Shown here one piece after another: positions 28,148 through 38,938 of a stretch of DNA of 64,000 nt; position 1 is the stretch's first letter, and every line of letters begins with the position of its first letter. The notes beneath the pieces were generated by a model. The model saw only the letters and a program-made list of their open reading frames with translations. It searched no databases and had not been told where the DNA came from. Source of the stretch: Nitrospirota bacterium (GTDB taxonomy: Bacteria > Nitrospirota > UBA9217); NCBI GenBank assembly GCA_963845065.1, contig CAWJQQ010000003.1, positions 96,001 to 160,000 of the forward strand, read 5' to 3'. The position numbers were made by a program, and so were the translations under genes.

Positions 28148-28253
28148 TGCGAATACTCGCAGTACTCGGTACTTTTTTGAGTACTTCATGAAATGAATTA
28201 ACAGATCGGTTGTAATAAAACGACCAAGATTGTGAAATGGTAAGGAGTGACAA

Positions 28254-29465
28254 ATGGCTGCAAGCGTTTTTGTATGGGAAGGTAAAACACGACAGGGAGC
28301 AGTCCAAAAGGGGGAGCTTGCAGCAAACAGCAAAGAAGAAGTCGTCGCCCTACTTAGGAGACAGAATATCCTGCCGATCAATGTCTCAGCAAAGCCGAAG
28401 GAACTCAAGCTGAGTTTCGGATCGCCAAAAATCACCGATAAGGATATTGTGATTCTTACCAGACAGTTAGCAACGATGATCGATGCCGGTTTGCCACTCG
28501 TACAGTGTCTTGATATCCTCGGAAGCCAGACTGCAAACAAAGCTCTCGGCAAGGTTGTTGGGCAGGTCAGATCTGATGTGGAGAGCGGATCGACATTTGC
28601 CGATTCACTCAAAAAACACACGAAAGTATTTGATAATCTTTACGTTAATATGGTTGCTGCAGGCGAGGCTGGCGGTATACTCGACACCATCCTTCAGAGA
28701 CTTGCGATATATATGGAAAAGTTCGCAAGGATTAAGAAACAAATTAAATCTGCTATGATTTATCCTGCGGTAATCCTTTTTGTTGCCGTGTCAGTGGTCG
28801 CGCTGCTGATGATTGTCGTGGTACCCATGTTGGCGAATATGTTTGCCGATATGGGGCAGGCGTTGCCTTTACCGACCCGCATAGTAATCACGATCAGCAA
28901 CTTCCTTAAAGGCTGGGGTGGGCTGATTCTGCTGAGTGTGATAATCGCGTTCTTTGTCGGGCTCAAACAATTCAGAAGAACGGTAAGTGGTCTGAGGATT
29001 ACTGATGGTATTGCCTTGAAAATTCCGATAGTAGGGTCTTTGATACAAAGAGTTTCCGTGGCTAAGTTTACACGCACACTCGGGACGCTGCTTACAAGCG
29101 GAGTGCCAATTCTCGAAGGATTATTGATTGTTTCCCGAACTGCCGGCAATAAGGTAGTCGAGGAAGCAATCATGTTTACTCGACAGAGCGTGAGTGAAGG
29201 GAAAACGCTTGCCGATCCGCTTGGCAGGGCCAAAGTATTCCCCCAAATGGTTGTCCAAATGATTTCTGTCGGTGAAGCAACTGGCGCTTTGGATAGTATG
29301 CTGAATAAAATCGCTGATTTTTACGATGATGAAGTAGACGCGGCCGTATCGACGCTCACTTCGATGCTAGAACCAATACTCATGATTTTTTTGGGGACTG
29401 TTGTCGGCTTTGTTATCATCGCCATGTATATGCCAATATTCCAAATGGGATCAACTATCAAATAA
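28254..29465 (+). CDS. pilC: Type IV pilus platform protein PilC (T2SS F family)
   Basis: TRQLATMIDAGLPL, AGEAGGILD, VGEATGALD, LEPILM, AMYMPIF. Confidence 0.95.
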   Translation: MAASVFVWEGKTRQGAVQKGELAANSKEEVVALLRRQNILPINVSAKPKELKLSFGSPKITDKDIVILTRQLATMIDAGLPLVQCLDILGSQTANKALGKVVGQVRSDVESGSTFADSLKKHTKVFDNLYVNMVAAGEAGGILDTILQRLAIYMEKFARIKKQIKSAMIYPAVILFVAVSVVALLMIVVVPMLANMFADMGQALPLPTRIVITISNFLKGWGGLILLSVIIAFFVGLKQFRRTVSGLRITDGIALKIPIVGSLIQRVSVAKFTRTLGTLLTSGVPILEGLLIVSRTAGNKVVEEAIMFTRQSVSEGKTLADPLGRAKVFPQMVVQMISVGEATGALDSMLNKIADFYDDEVDAAVSTLTSMLEPILMIFLGTVVGFVIIAMYMPIFQMGSTIK

Positions 29466-29474
29466 AAATATTAC

Positions 29475-31166
29475 GTGGAACGAGAGTTTTCAAGAGAAGA
29501 ATATTCTGTACGCATAACGTGGCTCATCTGGAGCAGAGTAGTTCTTGCGACCTTTCTGGTCGGCACGCTCATTTTTTTCCAGCAGCGATATAGGATTTAT
29601 TCGTTCCAAATCATTGTTTTATATTATGTTCTCTTATCGGTTTATTTCTTTTCCGTACTCTACCGATACTTACTCAGTACCGTAAAAAACCTGCCTTTTC
29701 TTGGATATCTTCAAACTTCGATTGACATTCTTCTCGTAACATTCCTCGTATATCTTACCGGCGGCATCGACAGTGGCTTCTCAGTTCTCTATCATCTGAC
29801 TATTATATCGGCCAGTATTATTCTCTACCGCCGCGGAGGGTATCTGGCGGCATCTTTTGCAAGCATACTGTACGGAAGTATGTTGGATATGCAGTATTAC
29901 GATATTCTTTTTTTTAAACGAAATTTGAACTTTACTGCAGCACAAGTCATGTATCGGGTTTTTATCAACATTTTCTCTTTTTACCTAGTAGCACTTTTGA
30001 GCGGATACCTTGCCGAGCGCCTGCACAAAACTCACCAGGAACTCCACGAAAAAAGCATAGACTTTGATGATCTTCGTGTCCTCCAGGAACATATCTTGAA
30101 GAGTGTCGGAAATGGTATACTTACCATGGATTTGAGCGGCAATATTACTTCCTGGAATCCAGCTGCCGAACAGATAACCGGATACAGCTATGATGAAATA
30201 AAAAATAGGTGGCAGGATGTTTTCGGGAGCAGTATTAAAGAGCTATTTGGCCATACAGATGCTCTCAAGGAGCGACCCTTTCGTTTTAATAGGCAGCTCG
30301 TTAAAAAAGACGACAATCTAGTAAGCCTAGGCATGACAGCTTCACTCCTCAAAGACGGTACTAATGCAGTTCGCGGCATCATTCTGACCTTTCAGGATAT
30401 TACAAAAATTCTTGAAATGGAGGACCATCTCAGGAGGCAAGAACGATTAGCAACTGTCGGGAGCCTCGCTGCTGGAATTGCCCATGAGATACGAAATCCT
30501 CTTGCAGCTCTGAGCGGTTCTATTCAAGTTTTGCAGGGCGAACTCAAGCTGAAAGATGATAATAAGCGCCTCATGGATATCGTCGTGAATGAAACCGGCA
30601 GGCTCAATACCATCATTACGGAATTCCTTGAATATGCTCGTCCCGCAAGTGTTAAGACTGATCATATCGAACTCAATTCTTTGCTGGTTGAAACAATCAC
30701 ACTTTTAAGAAACAGTAAAAATTTTCAGGAAAATATTTCTGTACAGCGAAAAATTGACCCCCAAGTAGTTCTTAAAGGAGATTCCCAGCGACTGCGTCAG
30801 GTCTTCTGGAATCTTTTGATCAATGCCTGTCAGGCTATGCCGGATGGAGGCGTTTTAACAATCACTGCCACACCTTTTTTAAAAGCGGAAGATGATTCAA
30901 CTTGGTGTCAGATTATTATATCTGATACCGGGTTGGGAATTAACAATAATGACCTTCGTAAAATATTTGAGCCTTTTTTTACGACAAAAGCAGGAGGGAC
31001 AGGGCTTGGTTTGGCGATTGCGTATCGTATTATTGATGAACACGGGGGGAGCATCTCCGTGAACAGCGAACCTGGAAAGGGATCGCAGTTTAGAATCAGA
31101 CTGCCAATGTTCGAAAATGATGCTTTACCATTAGCTGCTAAAACGGCTTTTCTACAAGGATCCTGA
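29475..31166 (+). CDS. pilS: Sensor histidine kinase PilS
   Basis: Six TMs, PAS domain, H-box AHEIRNPL, N-box NLLINA, G-boxes; position between pilC and pilR. Confidence 0.88.
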   Translation: MEREFSREEYSVRITWLIWSRVVLATFLVGTLIFFQQRYRIYSFQIIVLYYVLLSVYFFSVLYRYLLSTVKNLPFLGYLQTSIDILLVTFLVYLTGGIDSGFSVLYHLTIISASIILYRRGGYLAASFASILYGSMLDMQYYDILFFKRNLNFTAAQVMYRVFINIFSFYLVALLSGYLAERLHKTHQELHEKSIDFDDLRVLQEHILKSVGNGILTMDLSGNITSWNPAAEQITGYSYDEIKNRWQDVFGSSIKELFGHTDALKERPFRFNRQLVKKDDNLVSLGMTASLLKDGTNAVRGIILTFQDITKILEMEDHLRRQERLATVGSLAAGIAHEIRNPLAALSGSIQVLQGELKLKDDNKRLMDIVVNETGRLNTIITEFLEYARPASVKTDHIELNSLLVETITLLRNSKNFQENISVQRKIDPQVVLKGDSQRLRQVFWNLLINACQAMPDGGVLTITATPFLKAEDDSTWCQIIISDTGLGINNNDLRKIFEPFFTTKAGGTGLGLAIAYRIIDEHGGSISVNSEPGKGSQFRIRLPMFENDALPLAAKTAFLQGS

Positions 31167-31180
31167 GGAACAGGAGAGGC

Positions 31181-32554
31181 ATGAGTAAAATTCTTGTTGT
31201 TGATGACGAGCAAAGTATGAGAGATTTTCTCGCAATCATGCTAAAAAAAGAGGGCCATGATGTTGTGACGGCCGAGAATGGTACCAGTGCGATGAAAGCA
31301 GTACAATCTGAGATATTTGATCTCGTGATCAGCGACATTAAAATGCCGGGAATGGATGGCATTGACGTGCTTAAAACTACAAAAGAGATATCGCCAGAAA
31401 CAATTGTCATCATGATTACCGCCTTTGCAACTACTGAGACAGCAATAGAGGCAATGAAGCTTGGAGCGTACGATTACCTCATTAAGCCTTTTAAGGTAGA
31501 TGAGCTGAAGCTTATTATCAATAATTCTCTCGAGAAGCGTCACTTACGAAAGGAGAATATTCTTCTTAAACGAGAAATTGAAGCCCGCGCCGGATTCGTG
31601 AATTTTATCGGGAAGAGTGAACCCATGCAGAAGGTATTTGCTCTCATTCAAAAAATTGCCGAAACGAGTAGTACCGTTTTGATTACCGGGGAGAGCGGTA
31701 CTGGAAAAGAGCTCGTTGCCAGAGCGATCCATTTCAATAGCCCCCGTAGAAACGGCCCCTTTGTTACGGTCAATTGCGGAGCACTGCCAGAGACGCTGCT
31801 CGAAAGCGAATTGTTTGGATATATGAAAGGCGCATTTACCGGTGCTACATCGAACAAACAGGGACTTTTTGAAGCGGCACATAGCGGAGTTATTTTCCTA
31901 GATGAGATAAGTACAACACCGTTGGCACTGCAGGTCAAACTGTTGCGCGTTCTCCAGGAGCGAGAATTTATGCGCGTAGGGGGGACAACGGACATTAAAG
32001 TCGACGTACAAATTGTTGCTGCCAGCAATAAGGATCTACTTACTGAGGTTGCGAAAGGATCGTTCCGGGAGGATCTCTATTATCGACTCAACGTGATTCC
32101 TATTCACCTTCCTCCTCTCCGTGAGAGAAAGGAAGATATACCGCAGCTCATCGATTTCTTTCTTGGTAAATATGCCAAACGGAACGGAGCATCATTAGGT
32201 CCCAAAAAAATCGATTCAAGCGCATTAAAAATATTGATGCACTATCAATGGCCGGGAAACGTGCGGGAGTTAGAAAATATGATCGAGCGTCTTATGATTA
32301 TAACCCCGGGGGAAACGATTGGCTATGAGCACATACCCGATGAAATGAACACTACGCCTCACAATTCCGAACTTGTTACGCTAGGTATTCCTGAAGGAGG
32401 CCTGAATCTGGAGTCCTTGCTGGAGGGGGCAGAAAAAACGCTCTTATATAAAGCTCTTGAAAAAGCTGGAGGCGTGAAGACTGAGGCAGCGAAGCTGCTG
32501 GGTCTTTCCTTCAGGTCATTTAGGCACCGGCTTCAAAAATACGATGCATCATGA
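31181..32554 (+). CDS. pilR: Sigma54-dependent response regulator PilR
   Basis: Receiver domain, GESGTGKE, GAFTGA, WPGNVRELEN, C-terminal LGLSFRSFRHRLQK. Confidence 0.9.
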   Translation: MSKILVVDDEQSMRDFLAIMLKKEGHDVVTAENGTSAMKAVQSEIFDLVISDIKMPGMDGIDVLKTTKEISPETIVIMITAFATTETAIEAMKLGAYDYLIKPFKVDELKLIINNSLEKRHLRKENILLKREIEARAGFVNFIGKSEPMQKVFALIQKIAETSSTVLITGESGTGKELVARAIHFNSPRRNGPFVTVNCGALPETLLESELFGYMKGAFTGATSNKQGLFEAAHSGVIFLDEISTTPLALQVKLLRVLQEREFMRVGGTTDIKVDVQIVAASNKDLLTEVAKGSFREDLYYRLNVIPIHLPPLRERKEDIPQLIDFFLGKYAKRNGASLGPKKIDSSALKILMHYQWPGNVRELENMIERLMIITPGETIGYEHIPDEMNTTPHNSELVTLGIPEGGLNLESLLEGAEKTLLYKALEKAGGVKTEAAKLLGLSFRSFRHRLQKYDAS

Positions 32555-32614
32555 AGATATTTCCCAGAATTATTGATTGCAAATCCTCCATATTTTAGCT
32601 ACAATTCAACCCTT

Positions 32615-34084
32615 ATGACATTCGACAATATCAGAGAGTTTATATCGCTTCTTGAGCAAGAGGGCGAACTGGCCAGGATCAAAACAGAGGTTGAGGCAGA
32701 GCTCGAAATCGCGGAGATTACCGACCGTGTCTCGAAAGAAAAAGGAACTTCGAACAAAGCTCTTCTGTTCGAACGGGTAAAAGACTGTTCTTTTCCAGTT
32801 TTGACCAATGCCTTTGGCTCGATGAAACGCATGTGTCTTGCTTTGGACGTTGAAGACCTTGATGAAATCGGCGAGCGGATTAAGGAGATTGTTGATCCTA
32901 CAAACCTGTTCCCTAGGCCGGGCGCTGGGATTATGGACAAGATACAGATGCTTCCGAAGCTGGCAGAGCTCTCTTCGTTTTTCCCGAAGACCGTGAAGAA
33001 GGCACCTTGCCAAGAGGTCGTGCTGAGTGGTGATCAAGTAGATCTTTCCAAAATCCCCGTCCTGAAGTGTTGGCCTGCAGACGGTGGAAAATTTATCACC
33101 CTTCCTATGGTTTGTACAGTAGACCCGGTTACGAGCATAACTAACGTTGGCATGTACCGCATGCAGGTCTATGATCACCAGACAACCGGAATGCACTGGC
33201 ACAAACACAAGGATGGTGCACGCCATTACCAGCACTACGAAATGGCAGGAAAACGCATGGAAGTTGCCGTCGCCATAGGAGGCGACCCATCGATAATTTA
33301 TGCTTCAACTGCACCTTTGCCGCCGGTGATCGGTGAGTACCTTTTTGCAGGGTTCCTCAGGAAGAAGCAACTTGAGGTTGTTCAGTGCAAGACCGTTAAT
33401 GTTCGAGTACCTGCTGAAGCTGAATTTATACTGGAAGGATTCGTCGATCCCCTCGAACGAAGAGTGGAGGGTCCTTTTGGAGACCACACTGGTTACTATT
33501 CCGAGGCGGCCGAATACCCCGTATTCCATATTACGGCAATCACACATCGAAAAGATGCCATCTACCCGGCAACACTGGTTGGACGGCCGCCACAGGAAGA
33601 CGCCTATCTCGGCAAAGCTACGGAACGTATTTTTCTACCGCTCCTACAGATGGTAGCACCCGATATCCTCGACATGGACATGCCCATCGAGGGCGTTTTC
33701 CATAATAATGTCATTGTAAAGATTAAAAAACGCTATCCCGGCCACGGGAAAAAAATTCTCCACACGATCTGGGGAACCGGGATGCTGATGCTCTCCAAGT
33801 TTGTGATCGTCTGCGATGAGGACGTCAATATTCACGACTATTCCGAGGTAACATGGAAAGTCATGAATCATGTGGACCCACAACGCGATGTCGTTATAAT
33901 TGACGGTCCGCTCGACATTCTCGACCACTCCTGTCCGCAGATAGGATTCGGCGGGAAAATGGGCATTGATGCGACTCGCAAAGGACAGGGTGAAGGGTTT
34001 CTGAGGCCTTGGCCTGATGAAATTAAAATGAACTGGCAGGTTCAAAAGAAAGTCGAAGATCGGTGGAAGGATTACGGTTTTTAA
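32615..34084 (+). CDS. UbiD-family decarboxylase (menaquinone/futalosine pathway, MqnL-like)
   Basis: CWPADGGKFIT, NVGMYRMQ, EGPFGDHTGYY, VGRPPQED, GGKMGIDAT. Confidence 0.9.
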   Translation: MTFDNIREFISLLEQEGELARIKTEVEAELEIAEITDRVSKEKGTSNKALLFERVKDCSFPVLTNAFGSMKRMCLALDVEDLDEIGERIKEIVDPTNLFPRPGAGIMDKIQMLPKLAELSSFFPKTVKKAPCQEVVLSGDQVDLSKIPVLKCWPADGGKFITLPMVCTVDPVTSITNVGMYRMQVYDHQTTGMHWHKHKDGARHYQHYEMAGKRMEVAVAIGGDPSIIYASTAPLPPVIGEYLFAGFLRKKQLEVVQCKTVNVRVPAEAEFILEGFVDPLERRVEGPFGDHTGYYSEAAEYPVFHITAITHRKDAIYPATLVGRPPQEDAYLGKATERIFLPLLQMVAPDILDMDMPIEGVFHNNVIVKIKKRYPGHGKKILHTIWGTGMLMLSKFVIVCDEDVNIHDYSEVTWKVMNHVDPQRDVVIIDGPLDILDHSCPQIGFGGKMGIDATRKGQGEGFLRPWPDEIKMNWQVQKKVEDRWKDYGF

Positions 34085-34213
34085 CGGCTATAAAATAGTC
34101 GGCTGGAAATAATAAATCATGCATTGTACATGCCAGATTCAAACAAATAAAAGCGGAAATAAAGCGACGGCGTTTTAGTTTTATTGTCACCGATTTCCAT
34201 TACTCTCTCATCT

Positions 34214-35554
34214 ATGTGGCTATTTGACATACTGTTGATTTCATCACTTATCATCGTGAATGGCTTTTTTGCGGCTTCTGAAATTTCTCTGATCTCGCTC
34301 AGGAAAAGTCGCGTCCGGCACCTGGTTAAGAGCGGGAATCCGACTGCGCTAAAAGTCCAGAAGCTCCTGGAAGAGCCGGAGCGATTTCTCGGGACAGTAC
34401 AGATCGGTGTGACCCTTGTAGGAACGCTTGCCGCTGCGATTGGCGGCGTGATCGCCGTCGTACACGTTAAACCCGTCTTACTCTCACTGCCAGTAGCTTT
34501 TATCCAGAAAGCGGCTGAGCCGCTTGCGTTGGCCTTCATGGTGGGCCTGATTACATTCGTTACAATCGTGATCGGAGAACTCGTCCCCAAATCACTTGCC
34601 ATACGTCATTCCGAACGGATTGCTTTTTTCACGTCAGCGCCCATTGATTTTCTTTCGCGAGTCCTTTCCTTCGTTCTTAGGGTCTTGTCAATTTCGAGCA
34701 ATATGGTCTTACGCGTTTTCGGGCTCGAACAGTGGCAGGAGCCCAATCTAATTTCTGAAGATGAGGTGAAGTATCTAATCCGTGAAGGACGCAAGAGCGG
34801 CGTCTTCGAATCATCAGAGGAGGATTTGATCCATAGCGTTTTCAGGTTTACAGATACTGTTGTAAAGGAGGTAATGGTTCCGCGGACCGAGATCGTTGCA
34901 GTAGAGACAGGAAGCTCTCTCGATCTCATTTTACGTACTATGAATGAAAAAGGGTTTTCCCGGTTGCCGGTATATAGCGAGACCATCGATAATATTATCG
35001 GCGTTGTATACCTCAAAGATATCCTTGCACTCCACATGGGCAACAGACGATTTCTGCTTAAAGATGTACTGAGGAAGCCTTACTTCGTACCGCCGAACAA
35101 AAATGTGAGTGTTCTGCTTAAGGAAATGCGGGAAAAGCGTATTCATTTGGCTCTTGTTGGAGATGAGTATGGTGGAACCGACGGTCTCGTTGCCATGGAA
35201 GATCTCATTGAAGAAATCGTCGGAGACATACAGGACGAACAGGAAAAAGAACTACGTGAAATCCACGAGGTTGCGGCCAACCGCTACGTCGTTGACGGAA
35301 GAACGGACATCGGGCAGGTAAATAAATGGCTGAGTGTCAAGATACCTGAGGATGAGTTTGAAACGATTGGCGGATTTGTGCTGGGTTTATTCGGAAGATT
35401 ACCTGCAGAAGGGGATCAGGTGAAATATCAAGATTTACTGTTTACCGTTCTCCGGCTGCACAAGAACCGGATTTCCCGTGTCCGCGTCCTGAAGTTCGCC
35501 CCGGAAAATCATGAAAGAGGTGAAAATAATGACTCAACTGGTATTCAAGACTGA
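34214..35554 (+). CDS. CNNM/hemolysin family protein (DUF21, CBS pair, CorC/HlyC)
   Basis: [51 protein letters not shown]. Confidence 0.92.
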   Translation: MWLFDILLISSLIIVNGFFAASEISLISLRKSRVRHLVKSGNPTALKVQKLLEEPERFLGTVQIGVTLVGTLAAAIGGVIAVVHVKPVLLSLPVAFIQKAAEPLALAFMVGLITFVTIVIGELVPKSLAIRHSERIAFFTSAPIDFLSRVLSFVLRVLSISSNMVLRVFGLEQWQEPNLISEDEVKYLIREGRKSGVFESSEEDLIHSVFRFTDTVVKEVMVPRTEIVAVETGSSLDLILRTMNEKGFSRLPVYSETIDNIIGVVYLKDILALHMGNRRFLLKDVLRKPYFVPPNKNVSVLLKEMREKRIHLALVGDEYGGTDGLVAMEDLIEEIVGDIQDEQEKELREIHEVAANRYVVDGRTDIGQVNKWLSVKIPEDEFETIGGFVLGLFGRLPAEGDQVKYQDLLFTVLRLHKNRISRVRVLKFAPENHERGENNDSTGIQD

Positions 35555-36413
35555 TCTCGCAGGATTGCGACCGCCTAAGCGGGGTAAAGTCAGGGACATA
35601 TATGATTTAGGTGATCAACTCATGATTGTTGCAACCGACAGGATTTCAGCTTTCGACGTGGTGCTTCCGAATGCCGTTCCGGAAAAAGGGAGGGTTCTGA
35701 CCCAGATATCAAAATATTGGTTTTCTAAGACCGAAGCGATTGTCAAAAATCACATGATTTCCACAGAGGTCAAGGACTTTCCGTCAGAGTGCAGAGTTCA
35801 TGATGTGATCCTTGAGGGCAGAAGTATGCTCGTTAAGAAGTCGAAGCCTTTGCCTGTGGAGTGTATCGTTCGCGGCTACCTCACCGGGTCGGGGCTTAAG
35901 GAATACACGACAACGGGAGCTGTGAGTGGTATCAAGCTACCGCCGGGATTGACCGAAGCTTCACGCCTCCCGGAACCTCTCTTTACACCATCAACCAAAG
36001 CCGAACACGGCGAGCATGACGAAAATATCGATTTCAACACGGTCAAAAAACTTGTCGGAAACGAGATTGCCGGTAAAATCAAGTCCTACGCTCTTGCGGT
36101 GTATAACAAGGCATGCACTATTGCAGAAGCCAAAGGTATCATCATTGCCGATACCAAGCTTGAATTCGGAATTTATAACAATGAAGTCATCCTGATCGAT
36201 GAAGTGCTTACACCTGATTCGTCTCGCTTTTGGCCGAAAAGTGACTACAAGGAAGGAGTCGTGCAAAAAAGTTATGATAAGCAATTCGTCAGAGACTACC
36301 TTCTCTCGCTTGCCTGGAACCAGAAACCGCCAGCCCCAACTCTTCCTGATGATGTCGTCCGGAAAACAAGTGAAAAATACCAAGAAGTTCTTACTATGCT
36401 TACTAGGGTATGA
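35529..36413 (+). CDS. purC: SAICAR synthase
   Basis: [55 protein letters not shown]. Confidence 0.96.
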   Translation: MTQLVFKTDLAGLRPPKRGKVRDIYDLGDQLMIVATDRISAFDVVLPNAVPEKGRVLTQISKYWFSKTEAIVKNHMISTEVKDFPSECRVHDVILEGRSMLVKKSKPLPVECIVRGYLTGSGLKEYTTTGAVSGIKLPPGLTEASRLPEPLFTPSTKAEHGEHDENIDFNTVKKLVGNEIAGKIKSYALAVYNKACTIAEAKGIIIADTKLEFGIYNNEVILIDEVLTPDSSRFWPKSDYKEGVVQKSYDKQFVRDYLLSLAWNQKPPAPTLPDDVVRKTSEKYQEVLTMLTRV

Positions 36414-37229
36414 CGGCAAAGTTTTTGTTAAGTACCAAGGAGGCATCTCGTTTTTTTTCATAAATTCGAGGTGGCCGACCGATCTGCCTGGCTGTAAAGC
36501 TTACAGTAACAGATGAGTCAACCTGTAAGTATCAACTTTTCCCATTAAAGCATTTACCTTTCTGACGGGAATAAGAACTGGGATATCGGTATGGTTCTAT
36601 AAACCGTTCTGCTGGAAATTTAATTTAAGTATGTGGTTAGAAGCGAGATGGAGTTCGGTTTTGATCCTCCTGCCTTCCTCAGAGAAGTTGCTTCCATGAT
36701 AATTAATAGATGCAAACTGCTGCTAGGAATGCTCTATGCTTCAATAAAAAAGGTCGACCCAAAATGACTTTTTCATGGACGTAACTCCTTAAAGGCATTA
36801 TGATAACGGAAAAACAAATGGTAGAATTGCATCTCTTGTGAATCAACGGATACGGCACGACATTATGCTATAAATGAAGATATGTATTGCCTTATTAATG
36901 CATTCACGGCTATTGAGTATGTTTAATTTCAATACTATTATTAAACATATCGGCTTTAAATGGCTATGCACGGCAAAGCGCTTCACATTGTATAAACGAG
37001 CATCCGTAGTTCTCCTTTCTCAAAAGACAGGACTATGGAAATGAGTATAGACAACCTCTCATTCACGAGAAGTTTTGTAGTAGACATGATCTTGATTCTT
37101 ACTTTTTGAGTGGGACTATCCGTGACTTGAGACTTGAAGGTAGGATGCACACCCCGCAAAATGAGGTGTATCGAAATTGTCACCTATACTGCTGAAACAC
37201 TATAATGATAATGCGATTCTGGTTTATCC

Positions 37230-37259
37230 TTGACAGCATCAGTCCATAATCAGTATAAT
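37230..37259 (+). promoter_or_regulatory. Putative sigma70 promoter of lysS
   Basis: TTGACA, 18-nt spacer, TATAAT. Confidence 0.65.
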
Positions 37260-37384
37260 TCGCATCGTACAGCAGAAAAGTATTATCAATCAAGGATTCT
37301 GTAACCGCAAATGATTTGCAAAAGTATGAACGTTAGGCATGTTCAGCGTCATTTGCGGAAGTTCGATAAAACTAGGGGATTCGC

Positions 37385-38863
37385 ATGGAAGATTACAACG
37401 AACTGATCCAGCAGCGGTTTAAAAAGCTCGATGAGATCAGTGCGATGGGGAAGAAGCCCTATGCAGGAAGATTTGATGTTTCGATGACGGCTCAGGCACT
37501 TCTCAGCACGTATGGCGACTTAACAAAAGAGGCACTTGATTCAAAACGGATTGAAGTCACATTGGCAGGTAGAATCGTCGCTATGCGGAGCTTCGGTAAG
37601 GCTTGCTTCAGCCACATTCAGGATGGATCGGGACGGGTCCAGGTCTATTTTCAGAAGAACACACTTGGTGAAGACCGGTATGCTCTTTTTAAAAAAATAG
37701 ATATCGGTGATTTTATAGGCGTAAAAGGCTTACTCTTTCGAACGAAGACGAACGAGCTAACCGTGGAGGTCGAAGACTTTACACTTCTCTCAAAATCACT
37801 CAGGCCACTGCCTGAGAAGTGGCACGGCCTCACTGATGTGGAACTGAGGTACCGACAGCGGTATTTAGACCTCATCGTCAATCCTGAAGTGAAAAATGTT
37901 TTTATCCTTCGTACGAAGATCATTCAAGCGATCAAAAATTTCCTGAACACGCGGGGCTATCTCGAAGTGGAAACGCCTATGATGCAGTCCATCCCGGGCG
38001 GGGCTACGGCCAAACCGTTCAAGACGCATCATAACGCACTGGACATGGATCTTTATCTCCGCATCGCGCCGGAACTGTACCTTAAGAGGCTTCTCATTGG
38101 TGGGTTCGAACGCGTATATGAGGTCAATCGGAATTTCCGGAACGAAGGCATTTCTACGCGTCATAACCCTGAATTTACAATGCTTGAATTTTACACAGCC
38201 TACGCCGACTACAAATTCCTCATGGATATGACTGAGATCATGATCAGCAAAATAGCGTCAGAAGTGCTCGGAACGACGGAAGTTGCATATGAAAGCCACA
38301 AGATCAACCTTTCACCACCGTGGAAGCGAGTTACCTATATCGATTCTTTGCGTCAGGCAGGTGTGCCGGACGACGTACTTGCTGATGCCGTGAAAGCGAA
38401 GGAATATGCAAAGAAGCTTGGTGCAAACTTCAAAGGCGGCGAACCTCTCGGCAAGATTTTGAACGAGATATTCGAAAACTTGGTTGAGCCTAAACTCGTC
38501 CAGCCCACCTTTATCACGGACTATCCTACAGATATTTCACCGCTCTCGAAAAAGTGCGAAGACAATCCAGATTTTGTAGAACGGTTTGAATTGTTCATCG
38601 TAGGCAGGGAACTCGCGAATGCCTTCTCAGAGTTGAACGACCCCATTGACCAGAAGTTGAGGTTTCAAAAGCAGGAATCAGAGCGCGAGGCGGGTGATGA
38701 AGAGGCTCATCAGATGGACGATGACTTCATCCGCGCGCTCGAATACGGTATGCCACCTGCAGCCGGTGAAGGAATAGGCATCGACCGTCTGGTGATGCTG
38801 CTTACGGGCTCAAGTTCTATACGTGACGTGATACTTTTCCCGCAGATGAAGAAAGAAAAATAA
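37385..38863 (+). CDS. lysS: Lysine--tRNA ligase (class II)
   Basis: LPEKWHGL, YRQRYLDL, LRIAPELYLK, FRNEG, YGMPPAAGEGIGIDRL. Confidence 0.97.
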   Translation: MEDYNELIQQRFKKLDEISAMGKKPYAGRFDVSMTAQALLSTYGDLTKEALDSKRIEVTLAGRIVAMRSFGKACFSHIQDGSGRVQVYFQKNTLGEDRYALFKKIDIGDFIGVKGLLFRTKTNELTVEVEDFTLLSKSLRPLPEKWHGLTDVELRYRQRYLDLIVNPEVKNVFILRTKIIQAIKNFLNTRGYLEVETPMMQSIPGGATAKPFKTHHNALDMDLYLRIAPELYLKRLLIGGFERVYEVNRNFRNEGISTRHNPEFTMLEFYTAYADYKFLMDMTEIMISKIASEVLGTTEVAYESHKINLSPPWKRVTYIDSLRQAGVPDDVLADAVKAKEYAKKLGANFKGGEPLGKILNEIFENLVEPKLVQPTFITDYPTDISPLSKKCEDNPDFVERFELFIVGRELANAFSELNDPIDQKLRFQKQESEREAGDEEAHQMDDDFIRALEYGMPPAAGEGIGIDRLVMLLTGSSSIRDVILFPQMKKEK

Positions 38864-38938
38864 TAATGCGGAATGAGATATAAAACGGATAATAAATGTT
38901 CTTGATCCCTGTTCATCAGACGTTACTAGTCCATTAGC

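Noticed and set aside
36414..37229. Gene or ncRNA in the purC-lysS gap
   Set aside because: Only short ORFs without RBS or motifs; no tRNA cloverleaf or known RNA motif found.
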